A stretch of DNA of 32,000 nt from positions 390,001-422,000 of the forward strand of contig OZ245049.1 in the NCBI GenBank assembly GCA_965224465.1. Direction: 5' to 3'. Origin of the DNA: Flavobacteriaceae bacterium (GTDB lineage: Bacteria > Bacteroidota > Bacteroidia > Flavobacteriales > Flavobacteriaceae). Below, piece after piece: positions 1 through 9,224 of this stretch; position 1 is the stretch's first letter, and every line of letters starts with the position of its first letter. The notes under the pieces were generated by a model. It had not been told where the DNA came from, did not search any database, and was given only the letters and a program-made list of their open reading frames with translations. Made by a program: the position numbers and the translations under genes.

Positions 1-266
1 TGTCTTTAAAGCCTTTTAAAGCAGTATCAGTATTTCCGGGTTGCCCACTACTTGTTAAAACTTCCTTATTGTAAATATCTACAACCGTAAATGTTTTTGA
101 TGGTTCTGCGTAAGTTGCTGCTATTGTTTTGTTTCTTACACCGTGCGTTGTAGACTCTCCTGCTTTAACAAAATCATTTGGTGTCATTTTATTTGCAGAA
201 GTCAAATGATTTTGGTCTTTTCCGAAATTTAAAACACTAGGACTATCTAAAAGCATATAAATTATA
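1..266 (-). pseudogene. 5'-truncated fragment of a polymorphic-toxin C-terminal domain (third copy of the CTD of ORF 10713..11951); continues off the left window edge
   Basis: nt 1-266 align without gaps to nt 10982-11247 at roughly 95% identity, and more loosely to about 6686-6940. Homology ends abruptly at 266, where the IS terminal repeat begins. Confidence 0.75.
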
Positions 267-1680
267 GGTTGTGTAATTTAAACTCTGTCTGCTTGTTTTT
301 TTCTACGTTTTAAAATAGTTCGATTTTCTCTTCATAAGGCTGCTTTAAAAATCGAACTATTTTAAAATGAGCCCCAGCGGCTAGCGTCACGAATTGCTTC
401 CGTTTTTATGTAAATCCAACGTTATTCGATCTTCAAATTTAATATATAATTGTTGAATTGTCAAGCACCAATTATGTAAAGGGTTTGTCCATTTTTTTTC
501 GATATTTTTTGTTGCTAAGTAAACAAGCTTTAATAGTGCCATATCACTGGTAAAAGCCCCTTTTGTTTTAGTTACTTTTCTTACCTGTCTATGAAAACCT
601 TCTACTGCATTTGTTGTGTAAATTATTTTTCTGATAGGTTCTGTATACTGAAAAAACTGAGATAACTCTTCCCAATTACGGTTCCAACTTTCTAAAACTA
701 CAGGGTATTTTTCTCCCCATTTTTCTTCTAATTTCAATAACTCCAACTCAGCAATATCCTTATTAACAGCCTTGTAAACAAGCTTTAAATCTCGAATAAA
801 TTCTTTTTGGTCTTTGGAAGCTATATACTTTAAAGAATTACGAATTTGATGAACAATACACTTTTGAATTTGTGTTTTAGGAAATACACTCAAGATAGCT
901 TCTGAAAACCCTTTTAAGTTGTCTGTACAGGCAATTAGGATATCCTTAAGCCCTCTGTTATTAAGGTCTGTCAATACTTGAAGCCAAAAATTTGCGCCTT
1001 CACTTTCTGAAATATACATTCCTAAAACCTCTTTGATCCCTTCTTTATTTACTCCTAAAACATTGTAAAGTGCTTTGTGTTGTATTTTACCGTCTACTTT
1101 TACCTTGTAATGCATAGCGTCAAGCCAAACAATGCAGTACATCTGTTCTATTGGACGACTTTGCCATTGTTTTATATCTGGTATGATCTTATCTGTAATT
1201 TGACTTAAAACAGTGTGTGATATATCTGTATCATACATCTCTTTTATATGACCAGAAATATCGCGTAAGCTCATTCCTAGGCCGTATAATCCAATGATCT
1301 TATCTGATAAATTATCTGCTAAAATGGTTTGACGCTTTTTTATCAGAACAGGCTCGAAACTACTATTTCTATCCGCTGGCGTGCTTATTTCAAAACTACC
1401 AATACTAGTTTTAACAGTCTTTTTGCCCTTTCCATTACGTTTATTCCCTTTAGAACGTTCCTCTTCACTAAGGTGTGATTCCATTTCTGCTTCCAATGCT
1501 TTCTCAAGAAATTGTTTCATTAAAGGAGCAAAGGCACCTTCTTTTCCGAATAAACTTTTTCCTGATAATAATTGATCCAATGCCTTTTTTTCAATGTTGG
1601 CTAACTCGTCTTTTGTCATGTTTTCTGTTTGAATAAAGTTAATACTTTTTTTTATTCAGACAGAGTTGAGTTTACAGTCC
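267..1680 (-). mobile_element. IS256-family insertion sequence (about 1.4 kb)
   Basis: Single transposase ORF. Imperfect terminal inverted repeats: GGTTGTGTAATTTAAACTCTGTCTG at 267 versus the reverse complement GGACTGTAAACTCAACTCTGTCTG ending at 1680. The ends were placed where homology to the flanking paralogous genes stops. Confidence 0.8.
387..1619 (-). CDS. IS256-family (Mutator-type) transposase, 410 aa
   Basis: Length and sequence pattern typical of IS256/Transposase_mut proteins: N-terminal LSGKSLFGKEGAFAPLMKQFLEKALEAEMESHL, central WLDAMHYKV and C-terminal TTNAVEGFHRQVRKVTK. Confidence 0.9.
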   Translation of the reverse strand: MTKDELANIEKKALDQLLSGKSLFGKEGAFAPLMKQFLEKALEAEMESHLSEEERSKGNKRNGKGKKTVKTSIGSFEISTPADRNSSFEPVLIKKRQTILADNLSDKIIGLYGLGMSLRDISGHIKEMYDTDISHTVLSQITDKIIPDIKQWQSRPIEQMYCIVWLDAMHYKVKVDGKIQHKALYNVLGVNKEGIKEVLGMYISESEGANFWLQVLTDLNNRGLKDILIACTDNLKGFSEAILSVFPKTQIQKCIVHQIRNSLKYIASKDQKEFIRDLKLVYKAVNKDIAELELLKLEEKWGEKYPVVLESWNRNWEELSQFFQYTEPIRKIIYTTNAVEGFHRQVRKVTKTKGAFTSDMALLKLVYLATKNIEKKWTNPLHNWCLTIQQLYIKFEDRITLDLHKNGSNS

Positions 1681-2323
1681 CAGTTATCCTTAAAAACTTG
1701 CCATTTACGCCATCTATTCTGTAAACTTTAATGTCTTTAAGGTTATATTTTTCATTTCCATCTAATACAACTTGCCATTCTGGTTTTGCATTTGGGAATT
1801 CGTTTAAATTATTGTGTGTTAAATTAAACCCTGTAACCTGATAATTTTCAATGTCTTTTTTTGCAATTCTCTTTACTATTTCTATAGCTTCAGCCCAACA
1901 TATTTTATAGCCTTTTTCGTAGTCTATTACTTTCGTTATTTTTCCTTGTTCATTGTAATGAGTTTCTTTATTTATTTTAGAATTACCATTTTCATATTTA
2001 AATAAACTCCATCTTATTTTATTGTTTTTATACCTTATCCATTTAGAAATATTTATTTTTTTGTTTATATAGACATTTGTCACATCATTATCACCTAGAT
2101 TCAAATATTCATTTTTATAATTTTCATTATCAAGTAAAATTAAATCACCTTCTTTATTTTTTAGTTGCTTTTGTATGTTCTGATCAAGTACCAACTCCTC
2201 TTTAGAAATTTTAAAAACAGGATAATTATAATGGCAAGTATTATTATTAATTAAATATCCTTTAGGAACAGAGGAACAATTAGTAAAAAAAATACTTAAT
2301 AATAAAATATATAAATATTTCAT
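1652..2323 (-). CDS. putative immunity lipoprotein, paralog c of three; 3' end replaced by IS sequence
   Basis: Lipoprotein signal MKYLYILLLSIFFTNC. The C-terminal half is near-identical to 2396..3064 and 3137..3805. The last 12 or so codons (ITGTVNSTLSE) differ from the paralog tail (TTRIITTHH) because they read into the IS right end. Confidence 0.6.
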   Translation of the reverse strand: MKYLYILLLSIFFTNCSSVPKGYLINNNTCHYNYPVFKISKEELVLDQNIQKQLKNKEGDLILLDNENYKNEYLNLGDNDVTNVYINKKINISKWIRYKNNKIRWSLFKYENGNSKINKETHYNEQGKITKVIDYEKGYKICWAEAIEIVKRIAKKDIENYQVTGFNLTHNNLNEFPNAKPEWQVVLDGNEKYNLKDIKVYRIDGVNGKFLRITGTVNSTLSE

Positions 2324-2395
2324 ATTATTTTAATTTAGAATATTGTTGTAATTTTTCCCACTGCCATTTGTAGGTGCGCCTCGTTAACTACTGGC

Positions 2396-3064
2396 TTAGT
2401 GGTGAGTTGTTATTATTCTAGTTGTCCTTAAAAACTTGCCATTTATGCCATCTATTCTGTAAACTTTAATATCTTTAATGTTATATTTTTCATTTCCATC
2501 TAATACAACTTGCCATTCTGGTTTTGCATTTGGGAATTCGTTTAAATTATTGTGTGTTAAATTAAACCCTGTAACCTGATACTTTTCAATGTCTTTTTTT
2601 GCAATTCTCTTTACTATTTCTATAGCTTCAGCCCAACATATTTTATAGCCTTTTTCGTAGTCTATTACTTTCGTTATTTTTCCTTGTTCATTGTAATCAA
2701 ATTCTTTGAATATATTTATATAACTATTCAAATATTTAAATTCAACCCATTTTATTTTCCCTAGATGGTCATATCTTATATATTTAGCTATGTTTATTTG
2801 TTTATTTGTTTGTTTATTTGTTATGTATTCATCTTTCGAATATCTAAATTCATTTTTAAAATATTTATTATCTGTCGTAACAGTATCTTCTTCCTTTTTT
2901 TTCAATTGATAAAGAATTTCGTTATTAAGTGTTAATTCTTCTTTATTAATTTTAAAAATGGGGTAATTATAATGGCAAGTATTATTATTAATTAAATATC
3001 CTTTAGGAACAGGGGAACAATTAGTAAAACAAATACTTAACAATAAAATATATAAATATTTCAT
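2396..3064 (-). CDS. putative immunity lipoprotein, paralog b
   Basis: Lipobox signal peptide. Lies in the tandem 741-bp unit downstream of the metallopeptidase-type effector. Confidence 0.6.
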   Translation of the reverse strand: MKYLYILLLSICFTNCSPVPKGYLINNNTCHYNYPIFKINKEELTLNNEILYQLKKKEEDTVTTDNKYFKNEFRYSKDEYITNKQTNKQINIAKYIRYDHLGKIKWVEFKYLNSYINIFKEFDYNEQGKITKVIDYEKGYKICWAEAIEIVKRIAKKDIEKYQVTGFNLTHNNLNEFPNAKPEWQVVLDGNEKYNIKDIKVYRIDGINGKFLRTTRIITTHH

Positions 3065-3136
3065 ATTATTTTAATTTAGAATATTGTTGTAATTTTTCCC
3101 ACTGCCATTTGTAGGTGCGCCTCGTTAACTACTGGC

Positions 3137-3805
3137 TTAGTGGTGAGTTGTTATTATTCTAGTTGTCCTTAAAAACTTGCCATTTACGCCATCTATTCTG
3201 TAAACTTTAATATCTTTAAGGTTATATTTTTCATTTCCATCTAATACAACTTGCCATTCTGGTTTTGCATTTGGGAATTCGTTTAAATTATTGTGTGTTA
3301 AATTAAACCCTGTAACCTGATACTTTTCAATGTCTTTTTTAGCAATTCTCTTTACTATTTCTATAGCTTCAGCCCAACATATTTTATAGCCTTTTTCGTA
3401 ATCTATTACTTTCGTTATTTTTCCTTGTTCATTGTAATGGGTTTCTTTGAAGATAGGTTTTGTGCCATTGATGTAAACAAAACTTACTCTTTTAATTGTT
3501 CTGTTTTTTCTATATAAAATCCATTTATCAATGCCTAATTGTTTGCTTGTTTGGTAATTTGCAATACTTCCACTAGATAAAACAGAAAATAGATTTTTAT
3601 AATTCTCATTGTCTGATATGACAATATCCCCGTTTTCGTCTTTTGATTGTTTTAAAATATTTGGATTAAGGACTAATTCTTCTTTAGTTATTTTAAAAAT
3701 AGGTTCGTTGTAATGACATGTATTATCATTTGCTAAATATTCTTTAGGAACAGAGAAACAATTAGTAAAACAAATACTTAACAATAAAATATATAAATAT
3801 TTCAT
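3137..3805 (-). CDS. putative immunity lipoprotein, paralog a (directly coupled to effector 3807..4946)
   Basis: Its start lies 1 nt after the effector stop. Lipobox signal MKYLYILLLSICFTNC. Confidence 0.6.
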   Translation of the reverse strand: MKYLYILLLSICFTNCFSVPKEYLANDNTCHYNEPIFKITKEELVLNPNILKQSKDENGDIVISDNENYKNLFSVLSSGSIANYQTSKQLGIDKWILYRKNRTIKRVSFVYINGTKPIFKETHYNEQGKITKVIDYEKGYKICWAEAIEIVKRIAKKDIEKYQVTGFNLTHNNLNEFPNAKPEWQVVLDGNEKYNLKDIKVYRIDGVNGKFLRTTRIITTHH

Positions 3806-3806
3806 A

Positions 3807-4946
3807 TTATTTTAATTTAGAATATTGTTGTAATTTTTCCCACTGCCATTTGTAGGTGTGTTTTTTATGATTATTATAATCCATATAATTGTCTGTTTTT
3901 GCGTCCTTAAATTTATGTATACTTTGAAAGGCATCCCTTAATCCTAAAGCGTGCATTATTTCGTGAATTATATTTTCTGATTTAATGTTTCCTTCAGGGT
4001 CTAATACCAAATAGGCGATTCCAGTACCTGCAGGAGATATACCTCCTGCAGCCTTAAAAGATCCCTCTTCTGGAATGTCTTTTTCATTGATACATTTTTG
4101 ATTGATAAAATAAATAGTTAATTTGTTTGTATCTTTATTGTGTTTATTATTAATATAAGATAAAATGGTGCTTATTTTACTCCTTTCAATATAGTTTCCA
4201 ATTCTATTGTCAATATTTTTTTTTAGAAAACCATGTTTTTTAAAATTTTCTAAATGTTCACTAATATCGACCATCGTTGGATTATTATTAGTGATATTGA
4301 TATCAATTAAAGCAGGATTTAAACCTTTTTTAAGGTCTTTTTCTAAATCTAATTTGTTGATTTCTTTACCTAAAGCGAATTCATCTTTTTCATCTCCTTG
4401 AATTTCGACAAAACACCATTCAAGGTCAATAGTTTTGGGTTTAGGGTAAAAGATATTAATTGCTCCAACAATTAATTCATCATCCGCTTTTATTAAGATT
4501 TGAGCAGAAGTTACATTGTTGTTTTTACAGGTTATTTTTACTTTTTTAGCATCTTTTAAGTTCTTTGGTTCAAAAGTAAAATCGGCATGAGGTTCAAAAC
4601 TTATAGTTTCATAGTCATCTGCTTTTCCTTTTTTCGTCCAATCAAGTTCCAATTCGACTGTTTGGTCTTTTCTTAAACTTAACCAAGAAGGAATGTATTG
4701 CTCTCCTCGTATTTTTTCTGAGAGCGGCTTGTATTCTTTTTTAAGTTTTTCGTAGTCCGATACAACAATTTTTTCTTTAGGGATCCTATCAAAACCGAAA
4801 ACGCCCCTCATAATATCTTTATTTCTTGCTATAAATTCGATTTTAAAAGGTTTTTTAGTAGCAATTGGCTGTAAATATCTAGTTAATGTTTCTCCGTCTT
4901 CAAATGTTATTCTAAAACCTGTTTTTTTCATTTTTTGAGTTCCCAT
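3807..4946 (-). CDS. T6SS-associated effector with a C-terminal metzincin/M43-like zinc metallopeptidase domain (379 aa)
   Basis: HEIMHALGLRD (HExxHxxGxxD) at about nt 3941-3970, followed by DNYMDY, which resembles the N[FY]MDY Met-turn block of the M43 pappalysin/cytophagalysin family. TAATG stop-start overlap with the upstream hcp copy. Confidence 0.6.
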   Translation of the reverse strand: MGTQKMKKTGFRITFEDGETLTRYLQPIATKKPFKIEFIARNKDIMRGVFGFDRIPKEKIVVSDYEKLKKEYKPLSEKIRGEQYIPSWLSLRKDQTVELELDWTKKGKADDYETISFEPHADFTFEPKNLKDAKKVKITCKNNNVTSAQILIKADDELIVGAINIFYPKPKTIDLEWCFVEIQGDEKDEFALGKEINKLDLEKDLKKGLNPALIDINITNNNPTMVDISEHLENFKKHGFLKKNIDNRIGNYIERSKISTILSYINNKHNKDTNKLTIYFINQKCINEKDIPEEGSFKAAGGISPAGTGIAYLVLDPEGNIKSENIIHEIMHALGLRDAFQSIHKFKDAKTDNYMDYNNHKKHTYKWQWEKLQQYSKLK

Positions 4947-5584
4947 TACTTTTTCACTTTTTGTTTAATCACTTTTAACTCAATCTGTTCTAAATCGTTA
5001 CTTATTTCGATATTACTAAGGGTATCATTAGGTAGCAAATTACCATTGTACTCAAAATCATACTTAGCATCATCTAAATTAATTGTTATAAAACCTCCTC
5101 TACGGTTTTTCGTTTCTATATTTAATAGTATAATATCATTATCTTTATAATCTTGAATTTCTTCATTATCGGAATTCGTTAAATAATACCTTATTATTTC
5201 TTTCTCATCATCTCTCTCTAACACCGTTGGTTCAACTTCTATAAAAGGATCTTCAAACACCCAATTTTCTATTTTTTTAACATCTTTTATTTTAACAGCA
5301 CCACACGTTATCGTTAAATTAATGTGTAAGGGCAAATTGTCTTGATTGTCAAATTCTTCTGTAAGACCTACAATATAGGCTTTATGGAATTCTACTTTGT
5401 ACAAGGTTTTAAACTCATCTCTGTCATAAAATATTAATTCACCGCTAAAACTAGCATTTGGTGAAAACATATAGTGATACAAATCGCTATCAAACCCAGT
5501 AGATTCAAACATTAAATGGAATGGGCTTTTACGCGTTGTGGTCGTAGGGTTTCCCGTAATATCTTTTAGTTTGTATAATACCAA
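4946..5584 (-). CDS. tssD: 5'-truncated TssD/Hcp copy with C-terminal extension type B (212-aa ORF; only a junction-created TTG start)
   Basis: nt 5221-5578 are more than 99% identical to the intact hcp (12224-12581). It lacks the first 22 codons, and its C-terminal 70 or so aa differ from the other two copies. Confidence 0.7.
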   Translation of the reverse strand: MVLYKLKDITGNPTTTTRKSPFHLMFESTGFDSDLYHYMFSPNASFSGELIFYDRDEFKTLYKVEFHKAYIVGLTEEFDNQDNLPLHINLTITCGAVKIKDVKKIENWVFEDPFIEVEPTVLERDDEKEIIRYYLTNSDNEEIQDYKDNDIILLNIETKNRRGGFITINLDDAKYDFEYNGNLLPNDTLSNIEISNDLEQIELKVIKQKVKK

Positions 5585-5811
5585 TTACAATCCAAAATAA
5601 CCGATATAAATAGTTTATTTTACGTTCTAGCGTTGTTAAAAAACAGAACGATAGCTATCCTTAGATTTTACGCCTAGCTAGAACAAAAAATTAATTTCAT
5701 TTCTAAACCGTCACTTGAAAATGTATTTGGTATTAATACAGCTACCAACAGCAATCTGTAGATAAAATATTTACTTCAAGTTAACACAGAATCTTAGATA
5801 TTAACTGGACT
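5579..5811. repeat. R element copy 1 (long form)
   Basis: About 98% identical to 9852..10084. The core AATTACAATCCAAAATAAC...GTTGTTAAAAAACAGAACGAT is shared with 13326..13403 and 17769..17929. Confidence 0.85.
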
Positions 5812-6417
5812 TTATTCATACTTAGTTTTTCGTAAATCTTTATACTTACAGTTTTTTGTTCTGTAACACTCAATAACATCACTATTTATATTTTTATATA
5901 AAATTTCTAATAAGCCTTCTTTTAGTTCGAAAAAATTCCAATTTGCTGGAATATCAATATAATTTGCTTCTTTGTCATTTTTCATTGCGAAAATTAGAAC
6001 ACGTATTCCTAAATAACCTTTTGTTCGATTTCCTTGAGCGTTCTCTAAAAACGGCTTAATGGACAAGCTGTCATTTGTACACTTTATATTGTGTACGTAA
6101 AAAATACATTTTTTTTTATAGGTATAACTTGTTGTCTTTACTAATAATTCCTTTTCGTTTAAATTAAAAATGTAGCTTATAAAATTAGAACTACTATTAG
6201 TTAACTCATCGGAATATTTAGTACCTGTATGTTTTACATCTTTTAATAATTTTAATACGCTTTTAAAATCAATTTTGGTTTGTAATCCTTTTTTTTTTAT
6301 ACGTGTACTATCAGAAACAACAATTTTAATTATTGGAATTTCTTTATTTGTTTTAATAGTTTTTTTAAAACAAACTAAAAATGGTATAATAAATAATATT
6401 ATAAAATAGTTTTTCAT
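5812..6417 (-). CDS. putative immunity lipoprotein for the orphan Cys/His toxin CTD (homolog of 10085..10711)
   Basis: Signal peptide. Shares a conserved C-terminal block with 10085..10711: IKPFLENA.G..T.GY...RVLIFAMKNDKEAN.IDIP...LLEILYKNI.SDVIEC.RTK.CKYKDLRKTK.E. Confidence 0.55.
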   Translation of the reverse strand: MKNYFIILFIIPFLVCFKKTIKTNKEIPIIKIVVSDSTRIKKKGLQTKIDFKSVLKLLKDVKHTGTKYSDELTNSSSNFISYIFNLNEKELLVKTTSYTYKKKCIFYVHNIKCTNDSLSIKPFLENAQGNRTKGYLGIRVLIFAMKNDKEANYIDIPANWNFFELKEGLLEILYKNINSDVIECYRTKNCKYKDLRKTKYE

Positions 6418-6419
6418 AA

Positions 6420-7178
6420 TTATTTCTTTTTATTTCTAAGTTGATAGATTTCTAATTTCATAGGGTATTTATCTCTCCAAGCGTAAACTGTTCCTAAAAA
6501 ATAATTTTCAAGCTGCTTACATGTTCTTGGTATTACACCAACTATTTGGTCAATAAATTGAAATTCAAAAGTGTCATCTTTTTTATTTACAATAACTGTA
6601 AAAGAATGGTAATCATCGTTATAAGCACCAATAAAAACATAATTGCCATTATCTGGACACTTGCTTTTCATATAATCAATTGGACTGTCTTTAAAGCCTT
6701 TTAAAGCAGTATCAGTATTTCCGGGTTGCCCACTACTTGTTAAAACTTCCTTATTGTAAATATCTACTACAGTAAATGTTTTTGATGGTTCTGCGTAAGT
6801 AGCTGCTATTGTTTTGTTTCTTACACCGTTAGTTGTAGATTCTCCTGCTTTTTCATAGTCTTTTGGAGTGTCTCTACCTACTATTTGGTCTTTTCCTAAA
6901 ATTAAACTTGAAGGATTGTCTAAAAGTTTATAAATTATGTGTTTATGTGTATCCGTACAATGATGATAATCAGAGTATTTATTAGCATTTCGCTGTTTAT
7001 TATAATTTGCTATTGCATACACATTAATTTCTTCAATTTTCTCTTTACTAAACTCCCATTCGTTAAGGGTTTCGTAAACTATTTTCATACACCCACAAAA
7101 CAAGTTTTCATAATCCCCAGTTGAATACCCCTCTTCATTATCATTAGCTAAAAAACGAATATAGAATGCTACACTTTA
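6420..7178 (-). pseudogene. orphan toxin module: Cys/His CTD paralog plus a 75-nt remnant of the conserved effector N-terminal domain (ORF-track ORF 6420..7103)
   Basis: nt 7104-7178 match 11405-11480, which encodes ...SVAFYIRFLANDNEEGYSTGDYENLFCGC. Homology stops 14 nt after the stop of the upstream immunity gene. There is no N-terminal domain or native start. Confidence 0.7.
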
Positions 7179-7192
7179 TTCATGCTAAAACC

Positions 7193-8023
7193 CTAAATTC
7201 TTTTTAGAACATATTTTAAAGAATCTTTTTTTTCGAGAAATAGATTGTTGTTTTTGATATAGAAGTACCATTCTTCTTCGTTTAACCTGATTAAATACTT
7301 TTTGTTACTTTCACTTTTTGGATTAGCTAATGTGCTATAGTTGGTATTCGAGTACGTTTTAAAAATATCAGAACCAATGATTTTTTTTTCTAGGATGTCA
7401 AAATAAATTTTAGATTCTAGTAAATTGTTACAGGAGTCATATAGATCAAAAGTTTTTTTGAAAAAATAAACATCTCTTTGCAATCGATAATAAAAAAGAT
7501 CATTAAATATAAAACTCTTTAAATTAGAACAATAATGGATACTATCTTTACTTGTAATAATACTAAATTGATTTTTCCTCTTTACTAAAAAAATAGAATC
7601 TTTATTCTGGTAATGATGAGTATTAAATTTGGTTAGATAATAAGTACTGTCATTAATCGCAACTACTCGTAATTTTCTATAATCAAATTTTGAACTATTA
7701 GCATAAATCTTTTTTTGTTTCCAATTACTAATATGAATAAATTCGTATGGATAACTTTCGTTATTTCTAATTGAAGTATCATCAAATCCTTTTAAATTTA
7801 AATTATAAACAAAGTCGACAGGCATCCAAAAGGAATTGTCTATTGATTTTTTATTATAAACAAAATCGGAGGAGTCCAAACTCATAAAACGGGTGGTTTT
7901 AAGAGTGTCTTGTTTTGTTTTTGTGTTTAATTCTTTTTTAAATTGTTGGTCTTTAGATTTTTTTTTTGAATTACAAAAAACTAAAGAAAAGCAAAGTAAA
8001 ATGATAAAAAATATTTTTTTCAT
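7193..8023 (-). CDS. putative immunity lipoprotein for the Tae4-like effector (276 aa)
   Basis: Lipoprotein signal MKKIFFIILLCFSLVFC. Starts 6 nt downstream of the effector stop. Confidence 0.5.
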   Translation of the reverse strand: MKKIFFIILLCFSLVFCNSKKKSKDQQFKKELNTKTKQDTLKTTRFMSLDSSDFVYNKKSIDNSFWMPVDFVYNLNLKGFDDTSIRNNESYPYEFIHISNWKQKKIYANSSKFDYRKLRVVAINDSTYYLTKFNTHHYQNKDSIFLVKRKNQFSIITSKDSIHYCSNLKSFIFNDLFYYRLQRDVYFFKKTFDLYDSCNNLLESKIYFDILEKKIIGSDIFKTYSNTNYSTLANPKSESNKKYLIRLNEEEWYFYIKNNNLFLEKKDSLKYVLKRI

Positions 8024-8029
8024 ATCTAT

Positions 8030-9223
8030 TTATTTCAATTCCCAATACCATATTTCATCAGCTCCATAGTAACCCGATCCTGTCTGACCGTGGTAAATAA
8101 CATCTATGTGACTAACACCTCCATCACTTTTATCCCATAAAAAAACAATCCCATTGGCAGAATTTGGATTGAATTCACTAGTGTTTTTAAATTTTTCAGG
8201 TATAAAAACATTATTATGTAACCAATCAGCTAAACCTTTGGAGGATCTGGCAAATCCATCTCTTGTTTTGTTTATACTAGGGTAAGAAAACAAATTAAAA
8301 TTAGAATTAGTTAATCCATAAGAAAGACGAATAGCACATTGATTATAATACTTATCATGATCAATAGTTACATCTTGTCTGTGAGCCCCAACTTTATCGG
8401 TAGGGTATTTATGTATTAATTCACCTAAACTTGGAAGTCCTCCTTTATTTTTAAAACTCCAATTAAACTTGTTTTTTTCTTCTTTTAATCTTTCTTTTTC
8501 TAATTTTAAACTAAAAAACTTTTTATTTTCAAGGGATTTATACTCACCGTCTGATACAAGTATTGTTCTGTTCTTTTCAAATTCAGAATTTACTTCTCCT
8601 AAAAACTCTCCATCTGAATTACTATAAAAATATATTTTTGATTTTATAACAATAGTCTCAACCTTAAAACACCCACAAAACAAGTTATCATAATCCCCAG
8701 TTGAATACCCCTCTTCATTATCATTAGCTAAAAAACGAATATAGAATGCTACACTTTCTTCTGTTGTAATATCAACTTCCACTTCTATTTCAGAACCAAA
8801 TTTAGCTAAAATATTATCACTAAACGTTGTTTCAGATTTTTGCTTAATTTTTGCTGTAACCCCTTTAACTTCTACAAATTTGTCTTTTTCCTGAGATATT
8901 TCTATTTCTATATACCCATCGTCGTCTTCCCATTGTTCATCAGGACCTCCTTTTTTAATTAGAAAAGGTATTACTGGTTTTTGTAGTGCGGTTAGTAATG
9001 TAGTTATAGTTTCGTTTTTTTTACTGTCGTTAGTTTGGGTTAAGAGGTCTACAAAAACATGTTTATCGTTTTCATCCTTTTCTAAAGGGAGTTTATCTTT
9101 TTCAATATTGTATCCTGTCGTATCTCTTAATTCTACTAGAGGTATAAATTCTGTCCATTCTAAGCCTTCTCCTGTGTATGAATTACTAGGGTTTCCTGTT
9201 TCACTTACTGTTATGGTTCCCAT
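8030..9223 (-). CDS. T6SS-associated effector: conserved N-terminal domain plus a Tae4-like peptidoglycan amidase CTD (397 aa)
   Basis: YYNQCAIRLSYGLTN and GIVFLWDKSDGGVSHIDVIY resemble the catalytic Cys and His blocks of Tae4 (NACPIRMSYVLN ... GHVTLW). The N-terminal 190 aa are near-identical to 10713..11951. Confidence 0.65.
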   Translation of the reverse strand: MGTITVSETGNPSNSYTGEGLEWTEFIPLVELRDTTGYNIEKDKLPLEKDENDKHVFVDLLTQTNDSKKNETITTLLTALQKPVIPFLIKKGGPDEQWEDDDGYIEIEISQEKDKFVEVKGVTAKIKQKSETTFSDNILAKFGSEIEVEVDITTEESVAFYIRFLANDNEEGYSTGDYDNLFCGCFKVETIVIKSKIYFYSNSDGEFLGEVNSEFEKNRTILVSDGEYKSLENKKFFSLKLEKERLKEEKNKFNWSFKNKGGLPSLGELIHKYPTDKVGAHRQDVTIDHDKYYNQCAIRLSYGLTNSNFNLFSYPSINKTRDGFARSSKGLADWLHNNVFIPEKFKNTSEFNPNSANGIVFLWDKSDGGVSHIDVIYHGQTGSGYYGADEIWYWELK

Positions 9224-9224
9224 A

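Larger units (their letters stand above)
1681..3858 (-). repeat. tandem 741-bp repeat, about 2.9 units; each unit is an immunity gene plus the last 52 nt of the effector gene
   Basis: Exact 741-nt offset between 3806-3858, 3065-3117 and 2324-2376. ORF starts fall at 3805, 3064 and 2323. Confidence 0.9.

Noticed and set aside
4946-5584. Treating the TTG at 5584 (and at 9857) as a genuine start codon of an independent, functional short Hcp
   Set aside because: The TTG is created by the junction between the R element and hcp codon 23. The intact paralog shows that 22 N-terminal residues, the first strand of the Hcp fold, are missing. The ORF coordinates are kept as features but interpreted as truncated cassettes.
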